From Chrysomallon squamiferum (lineage: Eukaryota; Animalia; Mollusca): a DNA stretch of 64,000 nt. Positions 13,612 through 64,000 of the stretch are shown piece after piece. Positions within the stretch are counted from its first letter, which is position 1; every line of letters begins with the position of its first letter. Under the pieces are notes generated by a model, which worked only from the letters and a program-made list of their open reading frames with translations, did no database searches and had not been told where the DNA came from. The position numbers were made by a program, and so were the translations under genes. The stretch is taken from assembly GCA_012295275.1 (NCBI GenBank), contig CM022677.1:25482001-25546000 (forward strand), given 5' to 3'.

Positions 13612-13920
13612 GCTATGGTATTTATAGAGAGAAAGTAGAGAACATGATAAAAGAAGATATATATAAAAAAAATGTCGTCGGAGTAGTAGGAATGATTTTA
13701 GATCTGAGATTGATATATATAAGTATAGACAGTAGTAGAGGACTCTTTTGTGGTATATTTTGGTCATCCTGGAGCCGATTTCTATCCTTTTCAGTCTGGA
13801 ATAGGAAAAAAGTATCCGTCCTGCGTTCCAGGCTATGCTTGTTGACATCATGTTAATCTGTCTCAGTGCTGACCATAGATCTGTGTAGGAATACAACATA
13901 TTATTATTATTATTATCAAG
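13270..13920. repeat. Degenerate direct duplication (~13270-13495 vs ~13766-13905)
   Basis: Shared blocks atcctgga, ctggaata.gaaaaaag.tatccgtcc, ggctatgctt, taatctgtctcag, gaatacaacatattatt. Confidence 0.65.
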
Positions 13921-14171
13921 TAGTGGTAGTACAAGTAGTACTAGTCGTCGTAGTAGTAGTAATTGTAATAGTAATAGATGTAATGACAGTAGTAGAAGTA
14001 ATAGTCACTTAAATTGTCAGTCAGTCAGTTAGTATGACAGTCAGTCAATCAGTCAGATAATATAACAAGAATCGGAACAACTATGATGACTACGGCGACT
14101 ACAAAGGAAAATAGGACAACGATGATAGTGATGACGACGATGATGATAAAATAAACGCTACACCAACTCAC

Positions 14172-14394
14172 CCACGTAACCTAGAAACCGTTCATCCTGG
14201 ACTGTGCTGAACTGTATGATGTCCCGATCAGAAAGTGACCGCAGATAGAAGCCGTGGAAACTTACTGCTCCGCGTGTCTTAGTCTTCTTGTGAACAACCA
14301 CGACGTCATCGGGTTTCGCAGGATGGGACGACGACTTCGACTCAACAACGTGGAGACAGACGACGCTAAATAGAAAAACGACGGCGAACTTCAT
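14172..14394 (-). CDS. Probable first coding exon (signal peptide) of the minus-strand Ig-domain gene
   Basis: MKFAVVFLFSVVCLHVVES signal-like; phase-1 gtgagt donor after 14172 matches the phase-1 Ig exon; an alternative phase-0 gtaagt donor follows 14266. Confidence 0.65.
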
Positions 14395-53976
<39,582 letters not shown>

Positions 53977-54205
53977 GATGTTTTCTGTCCAAAAGCTGAT
54001 GTTTACCATTTTATTATGACTGATTATCTCCCTTGTATTTATCATGTTATGACGTCATGTACTGAATTACCTTTTCCATTATCCGCAAAAACTATTAGAT
54101 CTAATTTTTAAATAAAAATAATAAATCAATAAATTTTCGCTGAACTTATCTTTATATCATAAAATAACAATAATAATGATAGTAATGATAATAATAATAA
54201 TAAAA

Positions 54206-54259
<54 letters not shown>

Positions 54260-55688
54260 ATACTAAATTAAAATACGTCAGATTAGATAAAGAAATAATC
54301 AGTTATTTAATATACTTTTTTGTTGCATTGGCTTCTGTTGTCTAATTGATTGCTGTTAATATCAACTTAACTAATTAACTTTTATTTGCAAATATTTCTG
54401 TCAGAATATGTCTCAACCTTCTGCTGGCAGGATTTTTAATACATATCCATCATTTTCTGATAAACAAATGCAATGAAAATAATTCTATGTTTACATATGT
54501 TTCGTTGGTCAAACAACGTAAATATAAACACATGTTGTATGTCGATTACCACTGTAAATAACGGCCACCGGTGAAAATGAATCTGCAGTCAGGAATTTCA
54601 TTTGATGCTTCATGTATAAAGCGACCACCTATATAAAGAGACTTTTTGATTTACTTTTCGTATTACTAACGAGAGAGGAAAAATGTTTACCTGTAAATAA
54701 TACTTTGTGTTATCATTATGCAATAATGATACCGTTGCCTGGCAACAATATATATATTTTTTCACGCGGGAAATAATAATAGTTTTTCTTGGTATGTAAC
54801 TGTTTCCCATTGTACCTAATAATATATATCACGTGACCCTAATCAAAATATCAGATAAATGAAATATCATGTGTGTTTTGTTTTACTTTTATATGGTTTT
54901 TCACTAATTAAAGATAATGAATATCCAGATATACTTTTTCAAATATAACCTTCATGTGTGTGGTATACATATCTATATATTATAATTACGTATAAATTTG
55001 GGAAAATGATATTGCTCAGAATATTATGTGCTGCAATATTACAAATTTAATTTGTTCTTGAATATTTTCAGTTTCTCTCTTCTATCTATCTATTTGTATT
55101 TCTTTCTCTCACTCATTTAGATATCTCTGTTTCTTTCTTTCTGTTTTTATTCCTCTTTCTTTTATTCTCTTTCTTTCGCTAAATAATTTGAAATATCTCT
55201 GTTGCATTTCTTTAATATTCTACCCTTTATTCATTTTTTCTTTCTTTCTTTCTTCTTTCCTTATTTATTCCGTCCTTTTTCTAATTCTTTTCCTTATTTC
55301 TTTTTCCATTTCTTTTTCGTCTTTTCTTTTTATCTTATTCTTCTTTCTTTTCTTTTTCTTTCTTTCTTTTTCTTTCTTTCTTTCTTTCTTTCTTCTTTGC
55401 ATATTGACCAGGTCATATAACGAGTTTGATTTTTGCTGATATTTATATTAATATGTCTTATAACGATTTATTACACTTTTGTATACTGATATCACTTTTG
55501 TAAAATTCTATTTTTAGATAAACCTATTTATACTTTCATTAATGTGTTCAGTTGTTTTTTGTTTCTTTGTTTGTTTGTTTGTTTTTTGTTGGGTGTAATC
55601 TGCTTTATCATCAACGTCAACGTCCTCAGATGGCTATTACCATGTTGTAGATGCAGCAAGATATGTATGAAGATAATGTTCATAAGTA

Positions 55689-56400
55689 CAGCGGTACCTT
55701 GTCTTACGAGTTTAATTCGTTCCGTGGCCAAGCTCTTAACTCAGTTTGCTCGTATATCAAATCAAGTTTTCGAAATGAAATTACTTGAAGAATCGTTAAT
55801 CCGTTCCAGCCAACAAAAAACCCTTTAAATTGATTGATTTTTTTTTTTTTTTTGTGTGTGTGTGTGTGTCTTATTTTTAAATAAATAAATGTATTGATAC
55901 AAATATTGTATAAAAATAAAATAAAAGAGAATGTATTGCAATAAATAGGTTTTGTAAAGTGTATTCATGTTGGAGATCAGACAAATTATTTTAACGCCTT
56001 TGGCTGGAGTTACAGCCATTTTAGACTCCTTCAGCTTCAGTATGGTACATATCGTAGAAGTACTACGCTCGTACTACAAAGTCAGATCGACTATAGGCTG
56101 ACCTCGCTCAAGTTTTTCTATGGCTTCATGTTTTAATTCGTCTTCTCAGCACTGTCATTTGCACTTACTTTCTTAGGATCCATGGTCAGAAATAAAGAAA
56201 TTTTACAGTATCCTTCACAACACAACACAGATACTTCAACGGTGATAACCATGTCATCTAAACGAGTGAGACGGTAGATGCTGGGCGAATGCTGTGTTGT
56301 TCGTTGCGCCAACTAGCGGCGGCGTGCATGAAGCTCGCTCGTAACTCGGATCTTGTCTTGCAACTCGTATGTTGGTCACTCGTAATTCGAGCTACCACCG
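55689..56400 (-). mobile_element. Non-autonomous Tigger/pogo-like DNA transposon derivative (712 bp)
   Basis: TA flanks; TIRs cagcggtaccttgtcttacgagt / actcgtaattcgagctaccaccg; minus-strand remnant MDPKKVSANDSAEK...AVTPAKGVKII of a transposase N-terminus. Confidence 0.8.
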
Positions 56401-56736
56401 TAATCCAGATTTGTGTATGTAAACACTGTCAATGAAATCAATAGCCGAAATGTTTTATGGGTGGGGTCGGTAAGCACCCCCAGGACCCATATTAGCCCCA
56501 GTATCCTCTGGCGGACATTTGGATGATTAGGTCTGTGTCGTTAAATAAATAAATAAATAAATACCTCCAACGAAATTAGACAGTATACAGTGGTCTGACA
56601 GAAAAAAGAAAAAGAAAGGAAACGGAAACAATAGAATGACGTCACAATGATGTTTAAGTCCGGAACTGGATAGATGATAAACGTCCATTTATAGTTTTAG
56701 TACTAATTGTGTTACTATTGTTTTTGTTGTTGTTGC

Positions 56737-56770
<34 letters not shown>

Positions 56771-57369
56771 ATTAAAGAGCAGAAATAATTAATTCGTGAT
56801 TATTCTTAGCATTTTTTTCCTGTTATTGCATACTATTCACAAAAAAACCTGTAGTTTAATAATAATAATAATAATAAATAATCATAATAAAAAATAAGAA
56901 ATAATGATATTAATAAAATAATTTTTAAAAATAATAATGATAATAATAATTATTATTATTATAATAATAATTGTTATAATAATAATAATAATTAATAATA
57001 ATAATAATAATATCAACAACAATAAAAAATGATAATTATAACAAGAAGAAGAAGAAATTTAATAAGTAAATAAGAACAAGATAAGTAAACAAAACAAGAG
57101 AGAGCAAATCGTTATTTTTTTAAACACACAAATTAACAACATCCTTTTCTTTTCAGTTTTCTTATTTATTTTACTTTATTTGTTTCTTTCACCAACAGCA
57201 AATAATCACAGCTGTAATATTTCTGTATTATAATTTAAATAAAAACACCTTCACACTGTGTTCAAAATACTCTATATTTCAATAACATCATTGAAAGCGA
57301 CAAATTAAATCACTAAATATCATTGAAATAAAAAATAACAAAACCAAACAAAATCCACCACTGTATAGA

Positions 57370-57955
57370 CACTCAGTCAGTTAGTCAGAAAGTCAGTCAA
57401 TCAGTCAGTCAGTCAGTCAGTCAAACAGTAAGTCAGAAAGTCAGTCAGTCAGTTAGTCAGAAAATCATTCAAACAGCCAGTCAATCAGTCAGAAAGTCCG
57501 TCAAAACGTCAGTCAGTCAGTCAATCATTCAGTAAGTCAATCAGTCAGCAAGTCAGTCAGTCAGTCAGTCAGTCAGTCAGTCAGTCAATCATTAGTCAGA
57601 ATGTAAGTCATTCAGTCAATCAGTCAGTCAGAAAGTCAGTAATTCAGTCAGACAGTAAGTGGGTGAGTCAGAAAGTTAGTCAGTCAGTCAGAAAGCCAGT
57701 CAGTCCGTCAGTCAGTCAGTCAGGAAGTCAGTCAGTCAGTCAGTCAGAAATCAGTCAGTCGGTCGATCAGTCACAATCTCAATCAGTCAGTCAGTCAGTC
57801 AGAAAATCAATCAGTCAGTCAGAAAGTCAGTCAGTCAGTCAGTCACAAAGTCAGTCAAGCAGTCAGTCTGAAAGTCGGTCAGTCAGTCAGTCAGAAAGTC
57901 AGTCAGAAAGTCAGTCAGTCAGTGAGAAAGTCTGTCCGACAATCAGTCAGTCAGA
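57370..57955. repeat. Degenerate (CAGT)n microsatellite
   Basis: Seen directly; ORF 57663..58037 is an artefact. Confidence 0.9.
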
Positions 57956-58110
57956 AAAAAAATATATGAACAGACACGACCTTTTTAAATCGCTAAAAGA
58001 CCGTGTACAAGTCACGGGACGAAGCTATTTTCGTTAAGAAAAGAGTTTGACAAGCAGACGACGTGTAAATCTTTTATTTATCAGTTCTGTTCAAGTGTAC
58101 AGTGACTGAC

Positions 58111-64000
<5,890 letters not shown>

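Overview
AT-rich, microsatellite-laden animal genomic DNA with GT-AG introns; gene content suggests a mollusc or other lophotrochozoan (inference). Most ORFs in the supplied track are simple-repeat artefacts. Manual splicing gives four genes. (1) A 3-exon secreted AA15-type LPMO-fold gene (2820-6229, +) in which the copper-site residues appear replaced. (2) A partial minus-strand secreted Ig-domain gene (first exon 14394-14172, plus a tandemly duplicated half-Ig exon at 7472-7599 and 7958-8085). (3) A ~38 kb, ~30-exon MUC4-like membrane mucin (16149-53976, +): signal peptide, ~10 kb Thr-rich repeat exon, NIDO, AMOP, VWD (GDPH), EGFs, SEA (GSTVV), TM and cytoplasmic tail. (4) The 5' part of a tandem paralog of that mucin (58111 to the window end) carrying a different repeat. 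Also present: a decayed Tc1 transposon, a Tigger/pogo deletion derivative, several minisatellites (two built from splice-acceptor sequence), a CRE-rich inverted repeat and a 200-N gap. All exon models are manual predictions without transcript support.
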